From contig OY762926.1 in assembly GCA_963666735.1 (NCBI GenBank), forward strand, positions 2,688,001 to 2,752,000: 64,000 nucleotides of DNA, in the 5' to 3' direction. This stretch comes from Gemmatimonadota bacterium (GTDB taxonomy: Bacteria > Gemmatimonadota > Gemmatimonadetes > Palauibacterales > Palauibacteraceae). The notes beneath the pieces are model-generated. The model ran no database searches. It saw only the letters and a list, made by a program, of their open reading frames with translations, and was not told the origin of the DNA. This document shows positions 1-9,239 of the stretch, one piece after another; within the stretch, counting starts at the first letter, position 1, and each line of letters opens with the position of its first letter. The position numbers and the translations under genes are program-made.

Positions 1-48
1 TACCTTGCCTTGCTTCGGATCGAACGTCTCTGGGCTGGCGGCGTGGAG

Positions 49-78
49 ACTATACCCGAGCCGCGAGCCGGGCGTCAA
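49..78 (-). promoter_or_regulatory. Putative sigma70 promoter pointing out of the window
   Basis: Minus strand TTGACG-N18-TATAGT. Confidence 0.5.
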
Positions 79-89
79 GCAACCCGCCG

Positions 90-815
90 CTAGTCGCCGG
101 AAGCGAGTCTTCGCCGGGCCTTGCGGTCCTTTCTGATCCGCTTCCGCGCGTCCCTCGCGCTCTCGCCCGGGTGTCGCTCGACGACGTCGACGCCTCCCAT
201 GCAAACGAGACCGGTGAGGCGGATGACCGGGGCGTCCGGGGCCGGCGGCGTGTCGCGTTCCGGCGTGCTCACGCCCCCCATCAGCGCGATGCCGCCCCAC
301 TCGACGCGGACCCCCGGCGGAACGACGATGTCCACGCCTCCCATCAGCGCGAGGAGCCGGACCGAAACCGTGCCCGTCGCGAACGTCGCCTGCCGGAAAT
401 CGAGGTCCGTACCGCCCATCACGGCGATCGCGGTGAGCTGGCGGGGGGGGACCCAGCTTCCCTTGCGCTCCGTCGCCCCCCAGATCGAGACGATGAGGTC
501 GTTCTCCTGGACGGGTCGCGACGGGTCCACCGGCACGGAGGGAGCCGCCGGGGATGCGGCGACGTCCGCTGCGACGGACGCTGCGTCGGGCGTCGTCGCG
601 GGCACGGGGACGGCGGGGCGCCTCTCGCTCCGCAGCGCGGGCAGGTCCTGCTCGAGCGCAACGAGTTCGGCCCGGGTGCGCGCGGCGTACGCGATGTCCA
701 GGCGGCGTTCCAACTCCGTCGTGTTCATGGCGTCGCGCGCGAAATGGGCGCAGAGACGGTCCACCGTCGCCTGCCGCTCCTCCGGCGACAACGCCCGCTG
801 TTGGCTGTCCGTCAT
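90..815 (-). CDS. DUF1707 (SHOCT-like) protein with LiaF/DUF2154-like C-terminal domain
   Basis: N-terminal 'ERQATVDRL..H...ELERRLD.A..A.TR.EL..L..DLP'; C-terminal repeats 'AVMGGTDLDFR', 'ALMGGVDIVVP', 'CMGGVDV'. Confidence 0.8.
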   Translation of the reverse strand: MTDSQQRALSPEERQATVDRLCAHFARDAMNTTELERRLDIAYAARTRAELVALEQDLPALRSERRPAVPVPATTPDAASVAADVAASPAAPSVPVDPSRPVQENDLIVSIWGATERKGSWVPPRQLTAIAVMGGTDLDFRQATFATGTVSVRLLALMGGVDIVVPPGVRVEWGGIALMGGVSTPERDTPPAPDAPVIRLTGLVCMGGVDVVERHPGESARDARKRIRKDRKARRRLASGD

Positions 816-990
816 CTCCTCCTCGCCGTCTGGCCGGCCTGATTCTCACGCAAGGTGACAGGTCGAGCAACAGGTCGAGCAACGCGAAAAAGCTTGAAAA
901 AACTTGCAGCACGGGCGGACGGACGGCATCATGGCGTACAACAGGTGCTTTCATGCCCTATCCGTGAACCCCTTGGAAGGAGGTGATCTA

Positions 991-1056
991 GTGTCTGAAG
1001 GATGTAGAACCGGGTCTGACTCGGCACGGGCAAGCGATCGCCTCGAGGCTGCGTAA
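991..1056 (+). CDS. Putative 21-aa peptide MSEGCRTGSDSARASDRLEAA
   Basis: GTG start 7 nt after AGGAGG inside a 12-nt match to the anti-SD; TAA at 1054-1056; too short for the ORF track. Confidence 0.4.
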   Translation: MSEGCRTGSDSARASDRLEAA

Positions 1057-1150
1057 CCGGTCTTGAACCGGTGGCGCTCGAGACATGCGCCGACCTGAAA
1101 GCTGCGGCGCCTCGCCGGCGTCGCGTCGAGTCAGGTTGCGGTTGAGACAA

Positions 1151-1191
1151 GAGCCGGCCGCGGGCTTCACGCTCGCGGCCGGTTTCCTTTT
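1151..1191 (+). terminator. Rho-independent terminator
   Basis: GAGCCGGCCGCGGGC-loop-GCTCGCGGCCGGTTT followed by CCTTTT. Confidence 0.7.
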
Positions 1192-1211
1192 CGCCCTCCC
1201 TCCGCCCTAAG

Positions 1212-2015
1212 ATGTCGTTATTCAGCAAATACACCGGAGCCGGCAACGACTTCGTGATCGTGCGCGGTGAAGAACTGGGCCTCCGGGATGCGGGGGCTCT
1301 GGCCGCCGCGCTGTGCCCCCGCGCGACGGGTGTCGGCGTGGACGGCCTGATCACGGTCCGAAGCCTGAGCGAAGACGTCGTCCGTCTCCGGTTCTTCAAT
1401 CGCGACGGCTCCGAGTTCTCCACCTGCGGGAACGGTTCGCGGTGCGCGGCGCGCTACGCGGTGGACCGGGGGCTCGTGCCCCCCGAACACATCCTCGTGA
1501 CGGACGACGGTGAGATCCTGGCGCGGGTACGGGAGGACGGCGTGGCCCTCGAATACGCGCTCGATGCCCGCGTGGAACGCGAGTTGAGCGCGCGCGTCGG
1601 TACCGGGAAGCGGCGGGAACGCGACGCGTGGCTCGTGCGGATGGGGACGGCGCACCTCGTGATCCCCGTCCGGTCGGTGGACGTGGAGGATTTCGACAAT
1701 CTCTGCCGGCCCCTGCGGTGGCGAGAAGATGTCGGTCCGGGAGGGGCGAACGTGCACCTTGTCGCCCGCGACGGAGAGACCGCGGTCATCCGTACCTTCG
1801 AACGGGGCGTGGAGGCGGAGACGCTCGCCTGCGGCAGCGGGTGCATGGCGGCTGCGTTCGCGCTTCGGGCCGCGGGCGAGGCGGGGGACCGGGTCGAGTT
1901 CCTCGCCCGGTCCGGGGCCCGGTTGACGGTGGAGTTCATCGAGGCGGAGCGCATCCGCCTCACCGGACCGGCGGTGTTCATCTTCGATGGCGTCTTCCCC
2001 GAAGCCACGCGCTGA
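1212..2015 (+). CDS. dapF: Diaminopimelate epimerase
   Basis: KYTGAGNDF, CGNGSRC, ERGVEAETLACGSG with both catalytic Cys. Confidence 0.95.
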   Translation: MSLFSKYTGAGNDFVIVRGEELGLRDAGALAAALCPRATGVGVDGLITVRSLSEDVVRLRFFNRDGSEFSTCGNGSRCAARYAVDRGLVPPEHILVTDDGEILARVREDGVALEYALDARVERELSARVGTGKRRERDAWLVRMGTAHLVIPVRSVDVEDFDNLCRPLRWREDVGPGGANVHLVARDGETAVIRTFERGVEAETLACGSGCMAAAFALRAAGEAGDRVEFLARSGARLTVEFIEAERIRLTGPAVFIFDGVFPEATR

Positions 2016-3120
2016 CCCGGAGGCGCCCGCGGTGGCGGCGCCGCTGCTGGAATGGTTCGACGCCCGGCAGCGGGACGACATCGCCTGGCGCGGAGAGCGG
2101 GACCCCTACGCGATTCTCGTGGCCGAAGTCATGGCGCAGCAGACGCGCGTGGAAACCGCGGCGCCGTACCATCGGCGGTTCATGCATCGCTTTCCCGACG
2201 TGCGGACCCTCGCGGAAGCGGAGGAGGACGAGGTTCTCGGCCTCTGGGAGGGGTTGGGGTACTACGCGCGGGCCCGCAACCTGCGGCGTGCGGCGCGGCG
2301 CGTGGTTTCGGAATTCGGCGGTCGGATCCCGAGGGCGGTGGCGGAGCTGCGGACGCTCCCGGGGGTGGGCCCGTATACGGCGGGCGCCGTCGCCAGTGTG
2401 GCGTTCGGGCTGCCGGAACCCGCCGTCGACGGCAACGCCCGCCGCGTTCTGTCGCGCTTGGGGGATCTTGAGACGGCCTCTCCGTCCGAACTCGATCGCG
2501 CCGCGCGCATCCTCCTCCGCGAGGCCTCGGAGCGACCGGGCGATCTGAACCAGGCGCTGATGGATCTCGGGAGCGCGGTCTGTACGCCGCGCCGCCCGGG
2601 GTGCGGCGTGTGTCCGCTATCGACGCGATGTCTGGCACGGCGGCGGGGCACGATCGGCCAGCGGCCCCCGAGGAAGAGGCGCGCTCGATCTCCGGAGCGG
2701 GTCGAGGCGGCGGCCGTGGTCCGTCGCGGCGGACGGGTGCTCGTGCTGCGGCGGCCGTCGGAGGGGCTCCTGGGTGGCCTGTGGGATTTCCCCTCCGTCG
2801 GGCTGCCCTCGCCGACCCCGCCGACCTCGCCGGCGGCGGTGCTCACGAGCGCTCTCCGGGAGGATCTCGGCCTCGATTGTCGCGTGGCCGGGGAGAGTCG
2901 CGTGCTGCGACATACGTTCAGCCACTTCCGTTTGCGGCTCGCGGTGCACTGGGCCCGGTGGCGGTCCGGCGAGGTCTCGACGCGGCGGCCGCACCGCTGG
3001 GTCGGTCCCGGGGAGTTCGACGACCTCGCTTTTCCCGCCTATCTCCGGCGGCTGATCGATGAGGATGTCTCCCCGAAAGCTGTCTCCTCGAAAGCTGTCT
3101 CCTCGATAAACGCGAGGTAG
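1987..3120 (+). CDS. mutY: A/G-specific adenine glycosylase
   Basis: EVMAQQT, GLGYYARARNL, HhH LPGVGPYTA, VDGN, 4Fe-4S motif C-X6-C-X2-C-X5-C, NUDIX-like C-terminus. Confidence 0.95.
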   Translation: MASSPKPRADPEAPAVAAPLLEWFDARQRDDIAWRGERDPYAILVAEVMAQQTRVETAAPYHRRFMHRFPDVRTLAEAEEDEVLGLWEGLGYYARARNLRRAARRVVSEFGGRIPRAVAELRTLPGVGPYTAGAVASVAFGLPEPAVDGNARRVLSRLGDLETASPSELDRAARILLREASERPGDLNQALMDLGSAVCTPRRPGCGVCPLSTRCLARRRGTIGQRPPRKRRARSPERVEAAAVVRRGGRVLVLRRPSEGLLGGLWDFPSVGLPSPTPPTSPAAVLTSALREDLGLDCRVAGESRVLRHTFSHFRLRLAVHWARWRSGEVSTRRPHRWVGPGEFDDLAFPAYLRRLIDEDVSPKAVSSKAVSSINAR

Positions 3121-3875
3121 GCGCGGATCGTAAGGTCGGCCGCCGCGTGGTGGGAGGCGGGAAGGTCCCCGTAGACGGCGGCCCGGATGCGGGCCGGGGT
3201 TCGGGCGCCGGCCTCCAGCGCCCGCCGGACGGCCGCCACGCGCCGGAGACGGTGCGCGCGGCATTCCTCGAGCCGTGCGAGCGCGTCCCCGACCGGTGGA
3301 CCGTGTCCGGGGAACAGGCGCCCGGGACGGAGGGCCGCGAGACTCGCGAGACTCGCGAGATAGGCCCCCACGGAACCGTCCGGGTGGGCAATCATGGTGC
3401 TTCCCTCTCCGAGCACGAGATCCCCCGTGAAGAGGGCGCGCGAGGGTTCGAGCAGGTAGCAGAGGTGGTCCGCGGAATGTCCGGGCGCCGGGACCGCCCG
3501 CAAACGGATTCCCTCCCCCGTCTCCATGGCCTCGTCATCGGCGAGCGCGCGGCCCGCCAACTCCAGGCGGTCGAGGGTGGCGGCGGCGGCGCGGAGTTCT
3601 CCCCAGCGGGCCGCCGCGGCGGCGGCGGACGCGGAGTGGTCCGCGTGCGCGTGGGTCAGACAGACGGCCGCCACGGATCTTCCGGCGATCACCTCGTCGA
3701 CACGGCCGAGGTGCGCTTCATCCCGCGGCCCGGGGTCCAGCACGACCACGGGGCCGGTCCCGATCACATACGTCTGCGTCCCGGTAAGCGTGAGCGGGCC
3801 CGGGTTGTCGGCGCGAACCGCCGTGATGTCCGATCCGTGCCGGACGATGCGGGACGGGCGCACGCTCGAGATCAC
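3039..3875 (-). CDS. MBL-fold metallo-hydrolase (LACTB2-like)
   Basis: ADNPGPLTLTGTQTY, THAHADH, PGHSADH, FTGD, PGHG; GTG start overlaps the upstream TGA. Confidence 0.88.
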   Translation of the reverse strand: MISSVRPSRIVRHGSDITAVRADNPGPLTLTGTQTYVIGTGPVVVLDPGPRDEAHLGRVDEVIAGRSVAAVCLTHAHADHSASAAAAAARWGELRAAAATLDRLELAGRALADDEAMETGEGIRLRAVPAPGHSADHLCYLLEPSRALFTGDLVLGEGSTMIAHPDGSVGAYLASLASLAALRPGRLFPGHGPPVGDALARLEECRAHRLRRVAAVRRALEAGARTPARIRAAVYGDLPASHHAAADLTIRAYLAFIEETAFEETAFGETSSSISRRR

Positions 3876-4645
3876 CGGGCTTCGTCGTATCCGGGATCTC
3901 CGGGCGCGAGCGGCGTCTCTCCAATGCCACTGACGCCGAGTCTGACCAGCGCGGGCTCCACTTGCACGTCGCTGAGCGCCGTCATGGCGTCCTCGACCGA
4001 GCGGAAGCCGGCGAGGCGCTCGATCGTCCTCGCCGTCGGGAACATCATCGGCAGCGTACCGGAGGAAGAGCGCCGGAGCGCCGAGGCCGGCGTCGTCCAG
4101 AGGGCCGCGTCGTGTTCCTGCGTCAGACTCACTGGGCGCGGCCGCTCCTCCAGCGAGAGGAGGAAGAAACGGGTGTCGAACCGCAGCGCCGCACCGCGCG
4201 GCGTGATCCAGCGTGAGAAGTACGCGATGCGCGTGGCCGAGAAGTCGAGGTCGAGACGCTCCGCCACGTGCGAGAAGGGGATCCGCTCCGTGAGCAACGC
4301 TCGACGCGCCTCGGCCACCGCGTCCGGGTCGAGGCCGCGCAGCGGCGCCGGCATGATGCCCGTCTCCTCGAACAGTTCCCGCAGCGCCGCCACGCACGCC
4401 GCGGCTTCGCCCACGCCTGGCAGTCGGTTCGCCCACATCGCGCGGGCGTCATCCTCGTCGATCGCACCCCCCGGGAAGGCCCACGCCCCCGCCCCGAACC
4501 TGGCGGCGCCGGGCCGCTGAAGGAGGAGGAACTCCAGCCCGGACGGCGCCCGGGTCGCGACGACGACGGTGGCGGCGGGCCGCGGAGTCACGGCGACCGG
4601 CCCGGGATTCCTGCCGGACTCATGCCGTCCGGAGGGGGCGCTCAA
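3872..4645 (-). CDS. NUDIX hydrolase (NUDT19-like); start uncertain
   Basis: PRPAATVV, AFPGG, ALRELFEETG, WITP...RFDTRFF. Confidence 0.85.
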   Translation of the reverse strand: MSAPSGRHESGRNPGPVAVTPRPAATVVVATRAPSGLEFLLLQRPGAARFGAGAWAFPGGAIDEDDARAMWANRLPGVGEAAACVAALRELFEETGIMPAPLRGLDPDAVAEARRALLTERIPFSHVAERLDLDFSATRIAYFSRWITPRGAALRFDTRFFLLSLEERPRPVSLTQEHDAALWTTPASALRRSSSGTLPMMFPTARTIERLAGFRSVEDAMTALSDVQVEPALVRLGVSGIGETPLAPGDPGYDEAR

Positions 4646-5403
4646 ACTCCGCTGGCCACACGGGCGATGACCAGCAGGACCCCCAGCATCAGCAGGGCGA
4701 CCGGGAGGGCGGCCGCCAGCAGCCAGGCCGCCAAGGCTCTGCCGGTCGTCGTCCGGTGCGCTTCCCGCAGACCGATCACCGTCAGCACGACTCCCCAAAC
4801 GCCCGCCACCCAGCCGCCGACGAACGGGATGATGGCGAAGACGCCGGGTCCGCACGCATAGCAGATGGTGCGAACCGTGGCGATGAGGCTTCGACGCCCG
4901 GGCACCACCACCAGGACGAACACATGGAGGAGCAGGCTCGCAATGATGAGGTACAGCACCGCCCAGAAGGGGGTGAGGAAGAAGTCCGCGAGCCTGCCGG
5001 TAGAGCCGGCGCCGTCCGCCGCTTCCGGCAGCACCACGTTCATGATCTCGGCGAGCGTTTCTACGGCGCCCGGCTGTCCCGTCGGCAGCAACGTGCCCCA
5101 GGTCAGCGAGAGCGTCGCCGCGAGGACGCTGACGAGGAGATAGTAGAGGATTGGACGCACGGCGGGACGATCGAAGGGGCCGTCCGCAAAGAACGCCCCG
5201 GGCTCGAACACGCTCCGGCGCCACGTTTCCACCAGGTTGAGCGGGAACGGTACCGCCGGATCCTCCCATGCGGGCAGGTTGACGTCCGTCGCGCTCTCCC
5301 CGCCGCCCGCACGCTCCCCCTTGATGGTGGCCGCAGCCTCTCCACAGAACGGACAGCGGTCGAACGCCGCACTCTCGTGCCCGCACTTCGCGCACGTCAT
5401 CAT
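4642..5403 (-). CDS. YIP1-family membrane protein with N-terminal zinc ribbon
   Basis: CxxC...CPFCG, LPAWE, about five hydrophobic segments. Confidence 0.75.
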   Translation of the reverse strand: MMTCAKCGHESAAFDRCPFCGEAAATIKGERAGGGESATDVNLPAWEDPAVPFPLNLVETWRRSVFEPGAFFADGPFDRPAVRPILYYLLVSVLAATLSLTWGTLLPTGQPGAVETLAEIMNVVLPEAADGAGSTGRLADFFLTPFWAVLYLIIASLLLHVFVLVVVPGRRSLIATVRTICYACGPGVFAIIPFVGGWVAGVWGVVLTVIGLREAHRTTTGRALAAWLLAAALPVALLMLGVLLVIARVASGV

Positions 5404-5414
5404 GCGTTCGCGCC

Positions 5415-6542
5415 TCAGTCGAGGATGCGCAGCGGCATGACGAGGCAGAGGTAGTCGGGTTCGTCACTCGCGGGGGAGAAGGTCGCCGCTCGTTCCGGCG
5501 CCTTGAACGTCATCCGAACATCCTCCTCCGGCATGTGACGCAGCACCTCGAGGAGGTACGTCGCATTGAACCCGATCTGGATGTCCTCGCCCTCGTAGTC
5601 CAGCGACAGGGCGTCCTCCGCCTCCCCGAGATCCGGCGTCTGAACCTTGAAACCGAGGTCGCCGGAACGGAAAGAGAGGCGTACGCGCCTCGTCGAATCG
5701 TCCGCCATCACCGCAACGCGCCGCACCGCGGTCTCGAGGGCCGCGCGGTTCACGATCGCAACCTTGTCGTTGTCGCTCGGGATGACCTGCTCGTAGTTCG
5801 GATACGGCCCCTCGATCAGCGACGTGAAGACCTCCCGATCCTCGGACCGGAACGCCAGATGGTTCTCCGAACGCGCGATCTGCAGTACCGTGTCGGCCGG
5901 ATACAGCTTCTGCACCTGGCCCAGCGCTTTCGGCGGGATGATGAGGTCCGCCTCGGCCGGCGGCCCCCTGACATCGAGTTCCCGTGACATCTTCGCGAGG
6001 CGGTGGCCGTTCGTTGCGACCATGACGGTCGCCGCACCGCGCAACTGCCACAGGATCCCGTTGAGAATCGGTCGGCTGTCCTCCGTGGATACGGCGAAAC
6101 TCGTCCGCTCGATCAGCGTCTGGAGCTCGCCGGCGGACATCTCCCAGCTGTCGGCGAAGTCGATCTCCGGGAAGTCCGGGAACTCGTCCGGGGCCTGCCC
6201 GTAGAGGCGGAACTTGCTCCGGCCGCACTCGATATCCACGCCCATGGCGGCTCCGTCGCGATTCCCATCCGCAGCCGCGAACTTAACCGGCGCATCGTCG
6301 AGCACGCGCGAGATCTCCAGGAGTTGTCTCGCGGGCAGCGCCACGACGCCCGCCTCGGAGATTTCGGTCGGTACGGACAGCGAGACGAAGATGGACATGT
6401 CCGTGCCGCTCAGCCGCACGGCGTCGTCCTCCGCATGGATCAGGATGTTCGAGAGAACCGGGAGAGCGGCTCGGGTCGGGACGGCGGCAGCGCTTGCCGC
6501 CAGACCCTTCTGGAGTGCCTCTCGGGTGATGGAGAATCTCAT
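5415..6542 (-). CDS. dnaN: DNA polymerase III beta sliding clamp
   Basis: LPVLSNILI, SRPILNG, VATNGHRL, IEGPYPNY, IGFN, LVMPLR; downstream of dnaA. Confidence 0.98.
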   Translation of the reverse strand: MRFSITREALQKGLAASAAAVPTRAALPVLSNILIHAEDDAVRLSGTDMSIFVSLSVPTEISEAGVVALPARQLLEISRVLDDAPVKFAAADGNRDGAAMGVDIECGRSKFRLYGQAPDEFPDFPEIDFADSWEMSAGELQTLIERTSFAVSTEDSRPILNGILWQLRGAATVMVATNGHRLAKMSRELDVRGPPAEADLIIPPKALGQVQKLYPADTVLQIARSENHLAFRSEDREVFTSLIEGPYPNYEQVIPSDNDKVAIVNRAALETAVRRVAVMADDSTRRVRLSFRSGDLGFKVQTPDLGEAEDALSLDYEGEDIQIGFNATYLLEVLRHMPEEDVRMTFKAPERAATFSPASDEPDYLCLVMPLRILD

Positions 6543-6855
6543 TTCAACTCCGGCGGTGTCGGTTCGGGTTTTCCACCCTGGGTTCTACGGTGGCGTATGA
6601 TATACGTATCAACGAAGTAGTAGTAGGGCCTGTCGAAGTGTCGAAAATTCGGGGTTTCCCTTGTTTCCCGTGGCCTGCGACGCAGCCGGCCGCTGTCGAC
6701 ACCTGTCGAGACGCGGACACGGGTTGTGGAAGCTCCGGCGAAACCCCGCCGCCGCCGCGGAGACCCTGCACCCGATGGTGCGCATGAGGAGCGAGTCTTC
6801 GTCCGGTTTTGCACAAATGGTGGCACATGTGGGACATGGTAATGGACGGGGGGCC
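6543..6855. other. oriC: Chromosomal replication origin (oriC) in the dnaA-dnaN spacer
   Basis: AT-rich patch 6596-6612, DnaA-trios AAG TAG TAG TAG 6615-6626, GGCC spacer, tandem DnaA-box-like sites 6631-6647, further box-like sites at 6694, 6704, 6725, 6807 and 6828. Confidence 0.85.
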
Positions 6856-8237
6856 TCAGGTTCGGAATAACTCTTGCTGCAGCTGGCCGACGCGGCCGCG
6901 AAGCGTGGGATCGGAAGCCATGTCCGCCTCGACCTTGTTGACGGAGTGGATGACGGTGGAGTGATTCCTGCCGCCGAAGAGGTGGCCGATGTCGGAGTAG
7001 GGAAGGTCGAGATGTGTTTTGATGAGGTACATCGCGACCTGCCGCGGCACGGTCACGGTCCGGTTCCGCCGTTTTGAAACGAGCGCTTCCACGGAGACGC
7101 CCCACGAAGCGGCGATGCGGGCACGGACTTCCTCCGCGGACACTTCGATCACCTGCTCATCGGTGCCGTTGCCCTCCGGCCCCAGCGCGTCGCGTGCCAT
7201 GTCGAGCGAAATCTCGCGGCGCGTGAGCGAGCTGAAGGCGAGGAGCTTGATCAGGGCCCCCTCGAGTTGCCGCACGGACGTCCGCCGACTCCGCGCCACA
7301 TACTCGATGACATCGTCGTCGATCTCGATCCCGTCCTCCTCGGCCTTCTTCCGCAGGATGGCGGAGCGCGTCTCGAGGTCCGGGGGCTGGATGTCGGTGA
7401 CGAGACCCCACTCGAAACGGGAAACGAGGCGCTCCTGGAGCCCGGGGATGTCCTGCGGAGGCCGGTCGCTCGTGATGACGATCTGTTTCTTGGCGTCGTA
7501 GAGCGCGTTGAACGTGTGGAAGAACTCCTCCTGAGTCCTTCCTTGTTCGCGATGAAGTGGACGTCGTCGATGAGCAGGACGTCGATCCGGCGATAGCGCT
7601 CGCGGAAAAGGGCGGTCTGCCCGGTCCTGATCGCATCGATCATCTCGTTAGTGAACTGCTCCGAGGGGACGTAGGCGACCCGGCAATCGGGGAGTCGGTC
7701 GAGAATCGTGTTGCCGATGGCGTGCATCAGGTGTGTCTTGCCGAGACCCGTGCCGCCCCAGATGAAGAGCGGGTTGTATGTCGTGGCCGGTGCGGCGGCC
7801 ACGCGGTCCGACGCCGCGGCGGCGAGTTCGTTGCTGCCGCCGATGACGAAACGCGCAAAGGTGTAACGTTCGTTCAGCGCCGCCGCCGCCGGCAGGCCGC
7901 CGCGATTCGGCGTCTGCGAAGCCAGCGCGTGACCCGGGTCGCCGGGGTAGGGTTCCGTGATTTCGGGGAAGTCGAGACGCTCCTCGGCTCCCTTGTGCTC
8001 GAAGCGGAGTCGAAAGCTCGCGCCGAGCTCTCGCTCGGAGATCTCCCGCAGCAGCGGCCCGTACTTATCCTCGACCCATTCGACCGCGAACCTGGTCGGG
8101 GCGGAAACGACGAGCGTGTCGTCGGATAGCGAGACAGCCTCGGTCGATCCGAGCCAGGTGCGATAGGTCTGCTCCGGGAGCACGAGCTTCGCCGATGCGC
8201 GAATCTTGATCCAGGCCTCGTGTGCAGTCAGCTCCAT
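6856..8237 (-). CDS. dnaA: Chromosomal replication initiator DnaA, with a 1-nt deletion near 7537-7539 (probable sequence error)
   Basis: YNPLFIWGGTGLGKTHL and LLIDDVHF; after the shift TQEEFFHTFN, RLVSRFEWGL, GGRNHSTV; about 460 aa when repaired. Confidence 0.95.
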
Positions 8238-8283
8238 CCGTGACGCGCCGGCATGAGAAAAAGACGGTGGGATAGGGGTTCTG

Positions 8284-8313
8284 ATCTTAGGCGAAACCGC
8301 CGACGAGTGTCAA
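8284..8313 (-). promoter_or_regulatory. Putative sigma70 promoter of dnaA
   Basis: Minus strand TTGACA-N18-TAAGAT. Confidence 0.65.
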
Positions 8314-8401
8314 CGAAGGGGAAGGGGCTCGCGCCGCGCCGCGTGGAGGGCTGGCGGCAGACGGCGGAGGCGGGTGCCGGGGCCGGCGTCGACGGGCCGA
8401 A

Positions 8402-8430
8402 TTGACAGTATCCGGCGTCACGTCTAGACT
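8402..8430 (+). promoter_or_regulatory. Putative sigma70 promoter of rpmH operon
   Basis: TTGACA-N17-TAGACT. Confidence 0.7.
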
Positions 8431-8486
8431 CCCGGGCTGGCCTCGAAAACTTGACGAGATGACCGGAAAGCCTCGGGTGATGTGAG

Positions 8487-8660
8487 ATGGGAAAGCCCAC
8501 ATACAGCAAGCCGACCAACAGGAAGCGCGTTCGCGATCATGGATTCCGGGCGCGCATGAAGACGAAGGCGGGCCGCCGCACGCTGTCGCGCCGCAGAAGG
8601 AAGGGTCGAACTCGGCTCACCGTCAGTGACGCGTTCCGTCGCAAGCGACGAAGCCGCTAG
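8487..8660 (+). CDS. rpmH: 50S ribosomal protein L34
   Basis: Hand translation [47 protein letters not shown]...; HGFRARM signature; canonical position. Confidence 0.95.
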   Translation: MGKPTYSKPTNRKRVRDHGFRARMKTKAGRRTLSRRRRKGRTRLTVSDAFRRKRRSR

Positions 8661-9030
8661 CGGGCGTCCGCCCGAAGGCTTTCGACGGCCTCGCGCGGCT
8701 CGGCTGCGCACAGCACGGGAGATTCGCCGAACCATCCGTGGGGGCCGATGCAGCCGGGGCCGCATCGTGGACGTGTTCTTCGTTCCGTCTCCCGCCGGTC
8801 GCTCCAGAGTCGGGGTTGTGACGCCTCGCCACGGGCGCGACGCGGTCGCGCGAAACCTTGTACGCCGACGTCTGACCGAGATCGCTCGCATTCACATCTT
8901 GCCCGCCCTTGAAGCCCGCCGGCTCGACCTCGATCTGGTCGTGAGAGCGAAACCGGCCGCCTATGACGCCTCGTATCAGAGGCTTCAAGTGACGTTGATG
9001 GATTCGCTGGAGGCCGTATGCGCAGGATGA
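8626..9030 (+). CDS. rnpA: Ribonuclease P protein component
   Basis: [16 protein letters not shown] (RNR-like motif), DLVVRAKP; between rpmH and yidD. Confidence 0.9.
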   Translation: MTRSVASDEAASGRPPEGFRRPRAARLRTAREIRRTIRGGRCSRGRIVDVFFVPSPAGRSRVGVVTPRHGRDAVARNLVRRRLTEIARIHILPALEARRLDLDLVVRAKPAAYDASYQRLQVTLMDSLEAVCAG

Positions 9031-9239
9031 TCATCGGAGCGATTCGCGGCTACCAGCTGGTCGTTTCTCCCTGGTTGCCGCCCGCCTGCCGATACGAGCC
9101 GAGTTGCTCGGAATACGCCTTGACCGCGGTGCGGCGCTTCGGCGCCGGCCGGGGGGCGTGGCTGTGCGTGCGGCGTCTTCTTCGCTGTCACCCCCTCGGG
9201 TCGTGCGGCTACGACCCGGTTCCCGCACGGGAGCACTGA
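9018..9239 (+). CDS. yidD: Membrane protein insertion efficiency factor
   Basis: CRYEPSCSEYA, RLLRCHP, GYDPVP. Confidence 0.95.
   Translation: MRRMIIGAIRGYQLVVSPWLPPACRYEPSCSEYALTAVRRFGAGRGAWLCVRRLLRCHPLGSCGYDPVPAREH

Larger units (their letters stand above)
962..1191 (+). ncRNA. Candidate structured small RNA or small-ORF mRNA (boundaries approximate)
   Basis: Intergenic. Long-range stem 1008-1029 with 1122-1143, two inner hairpins, terminal GC stem plus U-rich tail, extended SD AAGGAGGTGATC at 977-988. Confidence 0.5.

Noticed and set aside
991..1056. Type I toxin
   Set aside because: The strong sequestered SD fits, but the peptide is hydrophilic with no membrane helix.
962..1191. tmRNA (tag-like ASDRLEAA-stop) or a 16S rRNA fragment on the minus strand
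   Set aside because: No tRNA-like 5'/3' ends or T-arm/CCA, too short for tmRNA, and similarity to 16S stops after 12 nt.
7530..7545. Programmed -1 frameshift in dnaA
   Set aside because: No canonical X XXY YYZ slippery heptamer, and a similar indel occurs in the transposase; error is more likely.
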